64,000 nt of DNA, taken from positions 2,842,201 through 2,906,200 of the forward strand of contig NC_092670.1 of assembly GCF_964355755.1 (NCBI RefSeq), written 5' to 3'. Both the position numbers and the translations under genes were made by a program. This DNA comes from Antedon mediterranea. Taxonomy: Eukaryota; Animalia; Echinodermata. The notes under the pieces were generated by a model, which saw only the letters and a program-made list of their open reading frames with translations, was not told the DNA's origin and ran no database searches. The number at the start of each line of letters is the position of its first letter. Positions within the stretch are counted from its first letter, which is position 1. This document shows positions 63,650 through 64,000 of the stretch, piece after piece.

Positions 63650-64000
63650 AGTTGTATTGTCCCCCAAAACATGAAAAATAAAGATGAAAAAAATCAAATT
63701 TTGAATAGACCATTTTGTAGTTATAATAAAGTTATTCACTTTCGCAGAAAAAAAATCCGAAAAAATATTGATTTCGCTTATAAAAAATCAAAATAAGTTT
63801 ACCATTTTTTCGAACTCATAAGTTCAGAAATTCCAAAATAACGATGGTTAGCTAACAGCTCATAAATATTCATGATATGTTAATGAGTATCCAAACAGGG
63901 GAGATCCGATCTGTTCACCACGTAAACAAACATGTGCGAAGAACAGAAGAAAGTGCTGGGGTTTCCCTGATCATATGATGTAAAAAGCTCTGCCGTTAAT
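63650..64000 (+). mobile_element. Left end of another Kolobok copy, running off the window
   Basis: TTAA|AGTTGTATTGTCCCCC, colinear with 39609 onward but without the P-like insertion. Confidence 0.85.

Overview
AT-rich, repeat-dense animal genomic DNA, not prokaryotic. The repeat types, tandem-DED exons and TAGGCCTA-rich tracts suggest a marine invertebrate such as an echinoderm (inference). Most of the window is transposable elements, often nested. (1) A 14.2-kb Ty3/Gypsy provirus (498-14740; LTRs differ at one position by eye; RT motif HHDD; -1 frameshift signal) is interrupted by an internally deleted CsRn1-type LTR element, which itself carries a Helentron-type HINE, and by a 5'-truncated LINE. 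(2) A minus-strand spliced host gene has two tandem-DED exons (22136 to 14898, continuing past the provirus). (3) A young BEL/Pao element (24772-28373) has lost pol; its gag instead runs in frame into about 1.1 kb of coiled-coil sequence containing an AKAP9/pericentrin-like motif, an apparent host-gene capture. This is the strongest finding. (4) There are hAT, Kolobok, P-like, MULE-like and foldback DNA elements with readable target-site duplications, including 36-42 bp palindromes that look like P-element excision footprints. (5) A 2.9-kb tandem duplication. (6) A MAM + EPTP/EAR pseudogene. (7) A minimal hammerhead ribozyme. (8) An 8.5-kb element inserted in (TA)n that carries a micro-exon gene. 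All calls were made by eye with no database search.
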